Origin: Chloroflexota bacterium
GTDB taxonomy: Bacteria > Chloroflexota > Anaerolineae > J102
Assembly (NCBI GenBank): GCA_013151415.1
Contig: JAADII010000169.1
Span: forward strand, 2,545 to 66,544
Reading direction: 5' to 3'
Length of the DNA: 64,000 nt
Below are positions 19,256-28,536 of the stretch, one piece after another. Below the pieces are notes generated by a model. That model did not search any database. It saw only the letters and a program-made list of their open reading frames with translations, and was not told where the DNA came from. How positions within the stretch are numbered: the first letter of the stretch is position 1; the number at the start of each line of letters is the position of its first letter. Made by a program: the position numbers and the translations under genes.

Positions 19256-20484
19256 TCCTGCACGAACGCGGCCGCGGTCGCATCGCGGCCGTCGTTTTGC
19301 TAACCATAGCCACACTTCTTGGCCTAAGCGCCCTCCAGACGCGGCCGCGCGCACAGGCCCAACCGCAAGCGTCAGACACAACCTGGCCCACGCTAGAAAC
19401 CGCACTTTTCGCCCCGAACTTCGACCGGCCCGTTCACCTCACCCATGCCAATGACGGCAGTGGGCGGGTGTTCATCGTCGAACAAAGAGGCCAAATTCGT
19501 ATAGTCGAGAATGGCGTTACTCTCTCCACACCCTTTCTAGATATCACCGATCGCGTCGATTGTTGCAGCGAGCGCGGTCTATTGAGCGTCGCTTTTCCGC
19601 CTGACTACGCGCAAAAACAGTATTTTTATGTCTACTACATCGACCTGAACAAAGACACCGTGGTCGCCCGTTTTCACACTTCGCCCCAAGACTCTGATCA
19701 AGCCGACCCCAGCAGTGAAGAGATCATTCTCACGGTGGATCAGCCCTTCATCAACCATAACGGCGGCCAACTGGCCTTTGGGCCGGACGGTTATCTTTAC
19801 ATTGGTCTGGGCGACGGTGGATCGAGCGGTGATCCCTATAACAACGGCCAGAAGACAAACACTTTGCTGGGCAAAATCCTGCGCATCGACGTGGAATCGG
19901 GCCAAACGCCTTACGCCATCCCGGATGACAATCCTTATGTCAACACACCCGGCTATCGCGGCGAGATATGGGCCTTGGGCCTGCGCAATCCCTGGCGCTT
20001 TTCCTTCGATCGCGACACCGGCGACCTCTATATCGCCGACGTGGGCCAAGACTTATATGAGGAGGTGAACTATCAACCCGGCCAAAGCGCGGGCGGCGAA
20101 AACTACGGTTGGCGCATCATGGAGGGCTTTCACTGTTTCGAGTCGCCCAACTGCGACACGAGCGGACTGGTCTTGCCGGTGGTGGAATATGATCATGATC
20201 TGGGATGCTCCATCACAGGCGGATTCGTCTATCGCGGGCCGTCCTATCCCGATATGGAAGGCGTCTATCTCTATGGGGACTATTGCAGCGGCCGCATATG
20301 GGGCTTGCGCAAAAACGCGGAGGGCTGGGAAAACGAATTATTGCTCGACACCTCGTTCTTCATCACCTCCTTCGGTGAAGACGAAGCCGGCGAGATCTAT
20401 GTGTTGGACCTCAAGAACGGAGGCGTTCATCGTCTCCTCTCGGCTTCTCCGTTCCGTACATTCGCGCCGCTAATTCGGAAATAA
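19256..20484 (+). CDS. PQQ-dependent soluble sugar (glucose/sorbosone) dehydrogenase family beta-propeller protein, secreted
   Basis: The start was set to MKIVL (ATG at 19256) before the signal peptide. It has the family motifs HNGGQLAFGPDGYLYIGLGDGG, GLRNPWRFSFD and ENYGWR. Confidence 0.8.
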
Positions 20485-20493
20485 CCAGCCTCC

Positions 20494-21261
20494 ATGCCCC
20501 ATCTCTATCTCAGTCCTCATTTCGATGACGCCGCGCTTTCCTGCGGCGGGCTCATCGCCAAACAAGCGGCCGCGGGCGAACAGGTGATCATCGCCACCAT
20601 TTACGCGGCCGCGCCCAATTTTACAGAGATTTCCGAATTCGCGGCCAAACAACATCGGCGCTGGCTCGCGCGACATCCTGGCCTCCATCCCATCGCGTTG
20701 CGCCGCCGCGAAGACGAAGCCGCCGCGGCGCAGTTGCGGGCCAGCGTGCGCCATCTCAATCAATTGGACGCCATCTACCGCCGCGGGCCTGCCGGTCAGT
20801 GGCTATATGATTCAGAAGAAGCCATTTTCGGGGCGGTGCATCGAGCGGATGATGACGCATGGCTCCGCGCAGAGATGGAACAATTGCTGCGCGATGTTCG
20901 TCCTACAACCATCTACGCGCCCCTGGCCGCTGGCGGGCATGTGGACCATCGCCGCGTGCGAGCCATCGCCGAAACCTGGGTTGCCCAAGAGCGTCCGGTT
21001 CTCTTTTACGAGGATTACCCTTATATTGAGGACCCTCGTCACCTGTGGCTGGCCCTGAATGCGCCCATAACCGGCGCTTGGGAGCGTTTACCGCAATTCT
21101 TGACAAAAGAGCATGCCCATGCCAAAATCAGGGCCGTGAAATGCTACGAAAGCCAACTCGACGTTCTTTTCGACAACGATATCGAGGAGCGCATCCTTGC
21201 CCAGTTGCATCTAAGTGGGGCGCCGGGGCTGGCTGAAGTGCTGTGGCGTTTACGAAGATAG
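20494..21261 (+). CDS. PIG-L/LmbE family N-acetylglucosaminyl deacetylase
   Basis: N-terminal SPHFDDAALSCGG motif and HVDH. Confidence 0.75.
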   Translation: MPHLYLSPHFDDAALSCGGLIAKQAAAGEQVIIATIYAAAPNFTEISEFAAKQHRRWLARHPGLHPIALRRREDEAAAAQLRASVRHLNQLDAIYRRGPAGQWLYDSEEAIFGAVHRADDDAWLRAEMEQLLRDVRPTTIYAPLAAGGHVDHRRVRAIAETWVAQERPVLFYEDYPYIEDPRHLWLALNAPITGAWERLPQFLTKEHAHAKIRAVKCYESQLDVLFDNDIEERILAQLHLSGAPGLAEVLWRLRR

Positions 21262-21350
21262 CTAACACTTCGGCGTTATCCAGATTTCAACCTTACACAC
21301 GCGCGCGTTTGAAGTAGGCGTCGGACGATGGGCCGTGGGGCGATGGAGTA

Positions 21351-21374
21351 ACGGAGACGCATTGTCTCCTTTTC
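21351..21374 (+). terminator. Hairpin GGAGAC-gcatt-GTCTCC followed by TTTTCC
   Basis: A perfect 6-bp stem plus a T-tract 90 nt after the deacetylase stop, adjacent to a REP-like motif at 21328. Confidence 0.4.
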
Positions 21375-21456
21375 CACTCGCCTGGGCTCCCACAACACCC
21401 AACCGGTCCTTCCGATGCAAAACGCGCACGCAAATCTCTCAATCAAGGAGTCACCA

Positions 21457-22683
21457 ATGAAGTTTCGCAACATGTTCATCCTCTTTTCCGCACTCGCGCT
21501 GGTGGTCGCGCTTGCCGCGTGCGGGGGGAAACAGGAGGAGCCGACGGTCGCGCCGGCGGCAAGCTCGCAGAAAGAAGACGCAAGCCAAGCTCAACCAGGG
21601 GCCACCAACACTCCCATCGCGCCCCAACCCACCAATACGCCCCTCCCCCAACCCACCAACACCCCAGCGCCCACGCCCACCAAGGCCTCTGTCGCCAGCG
21701 AGACCGCCGAAGCGAGCGATGAGGCAGGCTTTGTCTCCATGAGCAAATTGGAGGATATCCTCGATTCTTATCGTTCGCGAGGCATGATGCGCTTGACCAT
21801 CACCTTCCCCGACGATAGAACCGAAGAACAGGAAGTGCTCATCGAAAGCGCCTGGACCAAGGCCGATCATGAATATGGATTCGACATGAGCATGACCATG
21901 AGCAGCTCAGGCATGGACGAGGAAGGCCCGCAAGAGATCAGCATTTACATGGTCGGCGACACCACGTCCATCAACTTTGGCGGTGAATGGTTGACGCAAA
22001 GTCGTCAAGGCGAGGGGCTATTCGACATGCCCACCTTTTTACTCGACCCCGACGCTTTCTTCGCCGATATCGAAAACATGAAAGAAGTGGGCCAGGAAAC
22101 CGTCAACGGCGTCAAGACCATTCACTATGCTTTCGACGACATCGGTGATTTGACCGACATATTCGGAGCAGCCGCGGCCGAGCAAAGTCAGCTCAAGAGC
22201 CTGCAAGGCGATGTGTGGGTGGCCAAAGACGGCTCATATGTGGTCAAATCGAACTTCGAGGCCACGGTCGAAAACGCGGCCATGCCAGGTGAAACAGGCG
22301 AAGTCTTGACCGAGCAAACCATGCTCTGGCAACTCGAAGTGTATGAGGTGAACGGCGACATCACCATCGAAGCGCCCGAAGGCGCGGCCAAGGCGGGTGA
22401 AATCAGTGCGCCCGGCTTCGATGCTGGCGAGTTCCCGCTTCCTCCCGAAACCACGGTTCTCGTGAGCATGGGTGATATCACCATGCTCGAATCCACCCTT
22501 GGCGAGGCCGAACTCACCGCGTTCTTCGAAGAGGCGCTGACCAACCTCGGTTGGAGCAAACAGGGCGATGGGCCCTTTGCTTCCTGGTCAAAGGATGGCT
22601 ACACCCTGAGCGTTATTATCACGCCTGGCGACAAGGAAGGCGTGACCAATATCATGATTCAGGGGGCCGCGGACGGTTCATAA
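21457..22683 (+). CDS. Lipoprotein with Pro/Thr-rich linker, unknown function
   Basis: AAGGAG RBS. Signal peptide plus lipobox (LAACGG). A PT-rich low-complexity segment precedes a globular C-terminal domain. Confidence 0.55.
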   Translation: MKFRNMFILFSALALVVALAACGGKQEEPTVAPAASSQKEDASQAQPGATNTPIAPQPTNTPLPQPTNTPAPTPTKASVASETAEASDEAGFVSMSKLEDILDSYRSRGMMRLTITFPDDRTEEQEVLIESAWTKADHEYGFDMSMTMSSSGMDEEGPQEISIYMVGDTTSINFGGEWLTQSRQGEGLFDMPTFLLDPDAFFADIENMKEVGQETVNGVKTIHYAFDDIGDLTDIFGAAAAEQSQLKSLQGDVWVAKDGSYVVKSNFEATVENAAMPGETGEVLTEQTMLWQLEVYEVNGDITIEAPEGAAKAGEISAPGFDAGEFPLPPETTVLVSMGDITMLESTLGEAELTAFFEEALTNLGWSKQGDGPFASWSKDGYTLSVIITPGDKEGVTNIMIQGAADGS

Positions 22684-22916
22684 GCCCTCGCCTTGGCGTC
22701 GATGCATCAACCATATGGCATCGACGCTTGAACGTTCGCCCTGACGCGGACTAAACCGAGACTCGGATAGAGAACGCGCGGACTTCTTCAGCAGGCTCCC
22801 ATCCGCGCACCTTCTATCCGAGTCTTTTTCCTTTCGTCAACCGGCTGAAACCGACTCCCGCACCCCACCCCGGCAACCGCATTGGCGGCAGTTATCGATT
22901 GCTCCGCACATCATGC

Positions 22917-23297
22917 TTACAAAGGTTGTCGTCCGGCAAAACCCCCATCCAATTCGTGCCAATACTGCACCCGCTCCTCTCCATATCGCCAACAAAGATA
23001 CACCACCCGACCATCGCGAATGGCTGGAAAATCGATCAAACCGTAATCCATATCCTTGATCTCACACCCCAGCTGATTAATGGCGAGAAAAGCCTCCTCC
23101 ATTTGTCGAAAATAAGGCAACAAATCACCCGCCTTTTGGCTGCCGCCGTTGCCGATGGCCGCCTCGAGAACAGGCAATAAATCCGCGCGGGCCGCGATGA
23201 TGGCCTTGCGCGCGGCTCGCAGCTGATCGATGAGCGCGCGCAAGCGCGGCAGCAGCGCGTTCGCTTCCTCGACCGTGAAATAGCGACGCTGAGACAC
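22917..23297 (-). CDS. Hypothetical protein (DUF2203-like, assigned from memory)
   Basis: 126 aa, MSQRRYFTVEEANALLPRL... No motif I can assign a function to. Confidence 0.45.
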   Translation of the reverse strand: MSQRRYFTVEEANALLPRLRALIDQLRAARKAIIAARADLLPVLEAAIGNGGSQKAGDLLPYFRQMEEAFLAINQLGCEIKDMDYGLIDFPAIRDGRVVYLCWRYGEERVQYWHELDGGFAGRQPL

Positions 23298-23329
23298 AGG
23301 CGGTCGCAGTTCATAAAACGATAGGACGA

Positions 23330-23375
23330 CGAGACCATAGGACAGCGACGTCCTATCGTCTCATCGTCCCGCCGT
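23330..23375. repeat. REP-like hairpin ATAGGAC-agcgac-GTCCTAT with flanking CATCGTCC
   Basis: A perfect 7-bp stem, carrying the same GGACGA/TCGTCC core as the other REP-like loci. Confidence 0.5.
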
Positions 23376-23437
23376 CCTTCCCCTCATGGAGATATTCGAC
23401 GTCGGGATGAGGTCGAAAAGCTCCATGAAGAAGAAAA

Positions 23438-23833
23438 TCAATGACAACTTTCGGGCATGGGCTGGCCAGTGTGGCTCTTAGCCGTGCGGAAAGAGCTTCC
23501 GCAACCGCAACTGCTAACCGCATTGGGGTTCTCGATATTGAAACCGCCGCCCATCAGGCTGTCCACCCAATCGATGCGGCAGCCGTTGATGTAGAAAAGG
23601 CTCACCGGGTCTACAAACACTTTCAAGCCATGTTGTTCATAGACCTCGTCTTCCGCGCGAGGGCTGTTGTCGAAGGTCATGCCATATTGCATGCCCCCGC
23701 ATCCCCCTCCCTGAACAAAGACGCGCAGGCCGTAATCTTCACTCAGGCCTTTCTGATTCATAATATCGCGCAATTTGTTAGCCGCGGCCGGAGTGAGATT
23801 GACGCCGGTCTGGGTTTCGGTCATGGTGCTCAT
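23438..23833 (-). CDS. HesB/IscA/ErpA-family iron-sulfur cluster insertion protein
   Basis: The C-terminal CGCGSSF signature plus upstream Cys. It has an unusual roughly 15-aa C-terminal extension. Confidence 0.8.
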   Translation of the reverse strand: MSTMTETQTGVNLTPAAANKLRDIMNQKGLSEDYGLRVFVQGGGCGGMQYGMTFDNSPRAEDEVYEQHGLKVFVDPVSLFYINGCRIDWVDSLMGGGFNIENPNAVSSCGCGSSFRTAKSHTGQPMPESCH

Positions 23834-23979
23834 TCAGTCATACCTCCGAATGGTGTGGATAGGATGGACAAAGGAAGAATAGTGGCAAGAATTTGACATG
23901 ATTCAACGGATGGAAAAATCGATCGGAATATGATAATAAGACGCTCTATGGGCAAATCAACCGCGTTCAAGAGCGCGAA

Positions 23980-25014
23980 TCATCCGCCAATTTGCGACAT
24001 AAGACGAAGCCGGGGAACCTCGCCTTCAGGCAGGCCGTGCCCCCAAGGTTTGGCGTAAACCGCGTTCAAGATGCGTGCACGAAGCTCTTCTTCATTCGCG
24101 CCTCGACGCAAAGGCGTCAGCACATCGAGCTCGCCATCTCGCAACAGACAAAGCCGCAATGTGCCATCCGCGGTGAGACGCAAACGGTTGCATCCGGCGC
24201 AAAAAGGCTCAGAGACGGTGCTAATGAAACCAATAGAGCCACGCGCGCCGGCCAGCCGATAAGGCCGCGCCGGATCGTTGGGAGAATGACCAGGAATTTC
24301 ATACAACGGCCCAAGCGCCTCTTCAATGCGCCGTCGCGTCTCTTGCGAAGTCACAACCACGCTCTGCGCGAAATCGGCTTCGCTGCCAAAGGGCATCACT
24401 TCAATAAAGCGGACTTCCCACTCTCGTTCGAGGGTCAGGCGAGCTAAGTCCACGACTTCGTCCTCATTGAAACCGCGAGTGACCACGGCATTGATTTTGA
24501 TGGGCCGCAGCCCCGCCGCCTCGGCGGCTTCGATGCCGGCCCAAACCGCGTGAAGATCGCCCCAACGCGTGATGCGCCGGAATTTTTCCGGATCCAACGT
24601 GTCGAGCGAAATATTCACCCGATTCAGGCCCGCTCGGGCCAGCGGTTCGGCAATTTGGGGCAAAAGAAGACCATTGGTCGTGATGGCCAAATCGCGCAGA
24701 CCAGGGAAACGAGCTATGGTGCGCACAATGCCCACCAGATTTGGCCTCACGGTCGGCTCGCCGCCGGTCAGACGAATCTTTTCCACCCCCAACGAGACCA
24801 TCATACGGGTGATGAAGAACAACTCGTCGTCGTTCATCAACTCGCGCCGCGGGCGAAATTGCATCTTTTCGGGCATGCAGTAGACGCATCGCAAATTGCA
24901 CACATCGGTGAGCGAAATGCGCAAATAGTTCAATCGGCGTCCAAAACGGTCATACAAGCCCGAGCGCGTTGATGATGGACGTTCGAGAGGCTCACCCGAG
25001 CGGGAATCAGGCAT
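23980..25014 (-). CDS. moaA: GTP 3-prime,8-cyclase (molybdenum cofactor biosynthesis protein A)
   Basis: YLRISLTDVCNLRCVYCMP radical-SAM motif and a C-terminal CxxC...C. The start at MPDSRS has an AAGGAG RBS 9 nt upstream. Confidence 0.85.
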   Translation of the reverse strand: MPDSRSGEPLERPSSTRSGLYDRFGRRLNYLRISLTDVCNLRCVYCMPEKMQFRPRRELMNDDELFFITRMMVSLGVEKIRLTGGEPTVRPNLVGIVRTIARFPGLRDLAITTNGLLLPQIAEPLARAGLNRVNISLDTLDPEKFRRITRWGDLHAVWAGIEAAEAAGLRPIKINAVVTRGFNEDEVVDLARLTLEREWEVRFIEVMPFGSEADFAQSVVVTSQETRRRIEEALGPLYEIPGHSPNDPARPYRLAGARGSIGFISTVSEPFCAGCNRLRLTADGTLRLCLLRDGELDVLTPLRRGANEEELRARILNAVYAKPWGHGLPEGEVPRLRLMSQIGG

Positions 25015-25684
25015 GAACCAGATCTCCTTGAGTCTCGAAAGAGGCGTCATGAGCATCGGCCGAGATGCTGTTCAAGGGGATGAGATAGGAGCAACGGATG
25101 TCGCCCTCGGCAATATGAGCAATGCGCTGAGGCTCCAATCCGGTGAGCAAACTCACCAGGATAAGATCCATATGGCAAAGTTCAGGGTGGGGCTGCGTGA
25201 GATGATTGTACGGACAATGACATGTGTGTAAAATGGCTTCACGCTCACCCAATTCGCATCCGGCCATATAGCCTTGCTCGGTGAGAAAATCGGCCACAAC
25301 CCGAACGCGTTCTCTGGGCGGCAAATCCTGAAGGTCTTGAGGCGCTTTGGCCGCAACTTCAGCCGCCATCTGCGCCATTACAGCCAGAAACTGATCGTCC
25401 GACAAGGCGTTTTTGAGGGCGTCCAGGCTATGATGGGCCAATTCGCGATAATTATTGGGAAAATAAGCGTTGGCTTCTGGAGTCAGGGCATAAACCTGCT
25501 GGGGCCGCCCAGCGCCCGAGCGTCGACGCACTCGAGGAGTATAAACGAGACCATCGCCGATGAGAAGATCAAGGTGATGGCGCACAGAGACCGGCGCCAT
25601 TTCCAGGCGGTTGGCCAATTCGCCGACTGTGGCGTGGCCTTCTCGCTTCAATATTTCAAGGATAACCTTCCGAACAGGATGCAC
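25007..25684 (-). CDS. Winged-helix (ArsR-like) transcriptional regulator with C-terminal Cys/His cluster
   Basis: HTH VRKVILEILKREGHATVGELANRLEMAPVSVRHHLDLLIGDGLV. The start was reassigned to the GTG at 25684, because the ORF-max N-terminus overlaps a consensus promoter. It overlaps the moaA start by 8 nt. Confidence 0.5.
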   Translation of the reverse strand: MHPVRKVILEILKREGHATVGELANRLEMAPVSVRHHLDLLIGDGLVYTPRVRRRSGAGRPQQVYALTPEANAYFPNNYRELAHHSLDALKNALSDDQFLAVMAQMAAEVAAKAPQDLQDLPPRERVRVVADFLTEQGYMAGCELGEREAILHTCHCPYNHLTQPHPELCHMDLILVSLLTGLEPQRIAHIAEGDIRCSYLIPLNSISADAHDASFETQGDLVHA

Positions 25685-25751
25685 GCTAATAGGTCTCGAG
25701 AGTGAATGGAGCGCAGAAATGATGGCCGCGGCCGCGAATACAGCGCACCGT

Positions 25752-25780
25752 ATTCTATCACGCTTCAGAGACGCTGTCAA
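25752..25780 (-). promoter_or_regulatory. Consensus sigma70 promoter TTGACA-17-TAGAAT (minus strand) for the regulator-moaA operon
   Basis: On the minus strand: TTGACAgcgtctctgaagcgtgaTAGAAT. It lies inside the N-terminal extension of the maximal ORF. Confidence 0.5.
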
Positions 25781-25824
25781 TTTTTATCAATTTCTTCATA
25801 GAAATTCAGGGACAGATCACGGTT

Positions 25825-26676
25825 CTATTGCTCTTCCAGGGCGCGGGCGATGCGCGCCGCGATGCGAGCGTTGTTTTCCAGCAGAGCCAGGTTTGCGCGC
25901 AGCGCGGCCTCGCCCGTGCTTTGTGCAATGTGAGCCAGCAAGAAGGGCGTGAGTTCCTTGCCGCGAACCCCCCGCGCGGCGGCCTCGTTCAATGCGGCGT
26001 CGATGGCTTCGCGCGCGACGGCCTCGTCCAGTGCTGCGCCTTCGGGCGGGGGCGCGGTCACCAACATGCCCGTGGAAAGGCCCAACGCGCGGTGGGCGCG
26101 CCAAATGGCGGCCACTTCTTCGGCCGTATCGCAACGCGCATCCACGGGCAAGCCGGATGTACGGGTGTAAAACGCGGGCATTTCATCGCAACCATAACCA
26201 ATGACCGGCACGCCTAACGTTTCGAGTCGCTCGCGGGTGCGGGGCAAGTCAAGGATCGCTTTGGCCCCTGCGCACACCACCAAAACAGGAATCGTGGCCA
26301 GGGCCGTGAGATCGGCCGATTCATCGTAATCTTGCCCGCGATGCACGCCGCCCAAACCGCCGGTCGCGAACACCTGGATGCCGGCTCGATGCGCCACCCA
26401 CATGGTCGTGGCCACGGTGGTGGCCGCATCCAAACGCCGGGCGTGCACGATGGCCAGATCGCGCAACGAAGCCTTGATCACATCCTGACCGCGTGCAAAA
26501 TATTTGATCTGTTCGGGAGCAAGCCCCGCCACCGGTTGGCCGCGCACAAAACCGCATGTGCGCGGCTCAGCGCCCTGGTCGCGGACAATAGCCTCCAATC
26601 GCAAGGCGGTGCGGTAGTTTTGCGGATAAGGCAATCCGTGTGCAATGACGGTGCTTTCAAGCGCGACTTGAGTCAT
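25825..26676 (-). CDS. psuG: Pseudouridine-5-prime-phosphate glycosidase
   Basis: VALESTVIAHGLPYP, and the whole length is consistent with the indigoidine-synthase-A-like family. Confidence 0.8.
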   Translation of the reverse strand: MTQVALESTVIAHGLPYPQNYRTALRLEAIVRDQGAEPRTCGFVRGQPVAGLAPEQIKYFARGQDVIKASLRDLAIVHARRLDAATTVATTMWVAHRAGIQVFATGGLGGVHRGQDYDESADLTALATIPVLVVCAGAKAILDLPRTRERLETLGVPVIGYGCDEMPAFYTRTSGLPVDARCDTAEEVAAIWRAHRALGLSTGMLVTAPPPEGAALDEAVAREAIDAALNEAAARGVRGKELTPFLLAHIAQSTGEAALRANLALLENNARIAARIARALEEQ

Positions 26677-26713
26677 GAGAGGGGTTTATGCGTCTTCTGC
26701 ATGGTGCGACGGA

Positions 26714-28072
26714 TTACAAGACCACGTCTGTAGGATCATTGCCCGCGTCGAGCATGGCCTTACGGACGTTGACGGGAATGAGCAAGATCAGACCCAGCAC
26801 AAAGAACAGGATGACGGAAAGGATGGCCACGCGGGTGCCGCCGGTGATCTGCACGGCCGCGGCAAAGACCAGCGGACCGATCCAGGAAGTGCCGCGCTCG
26901 CTGATCTCGTAAAAACCGAAATACTCCGATTCGCTTTCCCGCGGGATCATCTGTGAAAAGAGTGAGCGACTCAGGGCCTGCGAACCGCCCAACACCAACG
27001 CCAGCAACACGCCCATCAAAAACAGTTGCCAAATTTCATACATGAACGCGTAAGCGTAGACCACAATGACAATCCAGATGATGAGACTAACGATGATGGA
27101 TTTCTTTGCTCCGATGCGACCGGCCAAAAAGCCAAAAAGCAATGCGCCGCCGAAAGCGACAAACTGAATAAGCAACACGAGAATGATAAGAATATCGGCC
27201 GATGCGCCCAGTTCGGAAGCCGCGAAAAGGGTCGAGACCACGATCACGGTCTGAATGCCATCATTATAGATGAGGTAAGCAATGAGATAACGAAGCGTCT
27301 CGGGGTGCTTGCGATAGATGCTCTTGAGCGTGCGGATGATTTGCTTGACGCCCTGCGAAAGATATGTCTCGCCAGGGGGCAACTGCTTTAGAGCAGGGCG
27401 TTGGCGCAATATGCGAGCCGGAAACAAATAGGTGAACCCAAGCCACCACAGGCCCGCGCTGGCCAAACTCAGCCGCACGGCCAAACCCGTATCCTCCATC
27501 AGCGTAATCATGGCCAGGTTGATGGCCAACAGCAACCCGCCGCCCAGATAACCCAAAGCCCAACCCAAAGAACTCACCCGATCGCGTTCTTTGGGCGGCG
27601 CAATGTCGGGCAAAAATGCATTATAAAGCACAATGGCTGCACCAAACGAGAGATTGGCGATGATAAAAAGGAACCCGCCCAAAAGCACCGCGCCGTTGGT
27701 TCCCACCAGCGGCAAATCCGGTTGCACGAAGAAAAGGAGAATGGTGGCCGATGCGCCTATCGTGGCGAATGTCAGGAGCAAACGTTTTTTCAGCGTCGAG
27801 TAGTCGGTGACCGCGCCCAACAAAGGCAAAAATAAAACCTGTAGAATCACCGAAATCGAAACACAGGTGGGAAAAAAGGCGTCTGGCTCGAAGGAAAACC
27901 CCAAAAACTGAACCCTTCCCGCGGTCTCTGCCAAACTGGAAAGATAAGGGCCCAACAACGTTGTAACGACCGTCGTGCTGAAGGCGGAGTTGGCCCAATC
28001 GTACATGCTCCAGCCCAGCACCTCGCGACGATCCAATTCCGCCGGCGGTGCGTGTGTGATAGCTTCTGCCAT
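26714..28072 (-). CDS. MFS transporter (UMF1/Atg22-like subfamily)
   Basis: 12 predicted TM segments. The start was set to MAEAITHAPP (ATG at 28070-28072); ORF-max is 28216. Confidence 0.7.
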   Translation of the reverse strand: MAEAITHAPPAELDRREVLGWSMYDWANSAFSTTVVTTLLGPYLSSLAETAGRVQFLGFSFEPDAFFPTCVSISVILQVLFLPLLGAVTDYSTLKKRLLLTFATIGASATILLFFVQPDLPLVGTNGAVLLGGFLFIIANLSFGAAIVLYNAFLPDIAPPKERDRVSSLGWALGYLGGGLLLAINLAMITLMEDTGLAVRLSLASAGLWWLGFTYLFPARILRQRPALKQLPPGETYLSQGVKQIIRTLKSIYRKHPETLRYLIAYLIYNDGIQTVIVVSTLFAASELGASADILIILVLLIQFVAFGGALLFGFLAGRIGAKKSIIVSLIIWIVIVVYAYAFMYEIWQLFLMGVLLALVLGGSQALSRSLFSQMIPRESESEYFGFYEISERGTSWIGPLVFAAAVQITGGTRVAILSVILFFVLGLILLIPVNVRKAMLDAGNDPTDVVL

Positions 28073-28426
28073 GATGTCAGCTCCAAATGAAAAAAATGAT
28101 GAGGAAGGATCGGACAGGAAATCACGGTGAAAAAGCTGAGACCTATGGTAAAGGCATTGCCGGGAAGACACAAATATGACGCTCTGGCATATGACCTGGT
28201 CATCTGGCCAGGTCATATACCACCCGTATTGTGAGGCGACAATCTAACCCCGCGCCCGTTGTTTGCATGCGAATGATCGGTCATACTGAAATATACGGTC
28301 CATGTCCCGTTGAGGCGTAACTTTCAGGCTGTAAATCCGTCAGGACAGCTAGAATTAAGCGTCTCCTAACCTGCCAAAACGGCGGTGAACGCCCCACATA
28401 TTGCCATCTCATGTTCCACCTGGCCG

Positions 28427-28451
28427 CGTCTATATAGCCCATATAGACGAC
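28427..28451. promoter_or_regulatory. Perfect 9-bp inverted repeat CGTCTATAT-agccc-ATATAGACG upstream of the giant surface-protein gene
   Basis: Read directly. It is an AT-rich palindrome in a GC-rich intergenic region, about 85 nt upstream of the ATG at 28537. Confidence 0.4.
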
Positions 28452-28536
28452 CGGAGTGCGTAACATGAGTGGTTGCATTTCTTACCCATCTCGTCTCACA
28501 TAAACGAGGTGACTCTTCGCAAGGAGTGATTTAATT

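Noticed and set aside
28281-28478. 65-aa minus-strand ORF in the divergent promoter region
   Set aside because: Short, no RBS, and it overlaps the palindromic regulatory site, so it is more likely non-coding.
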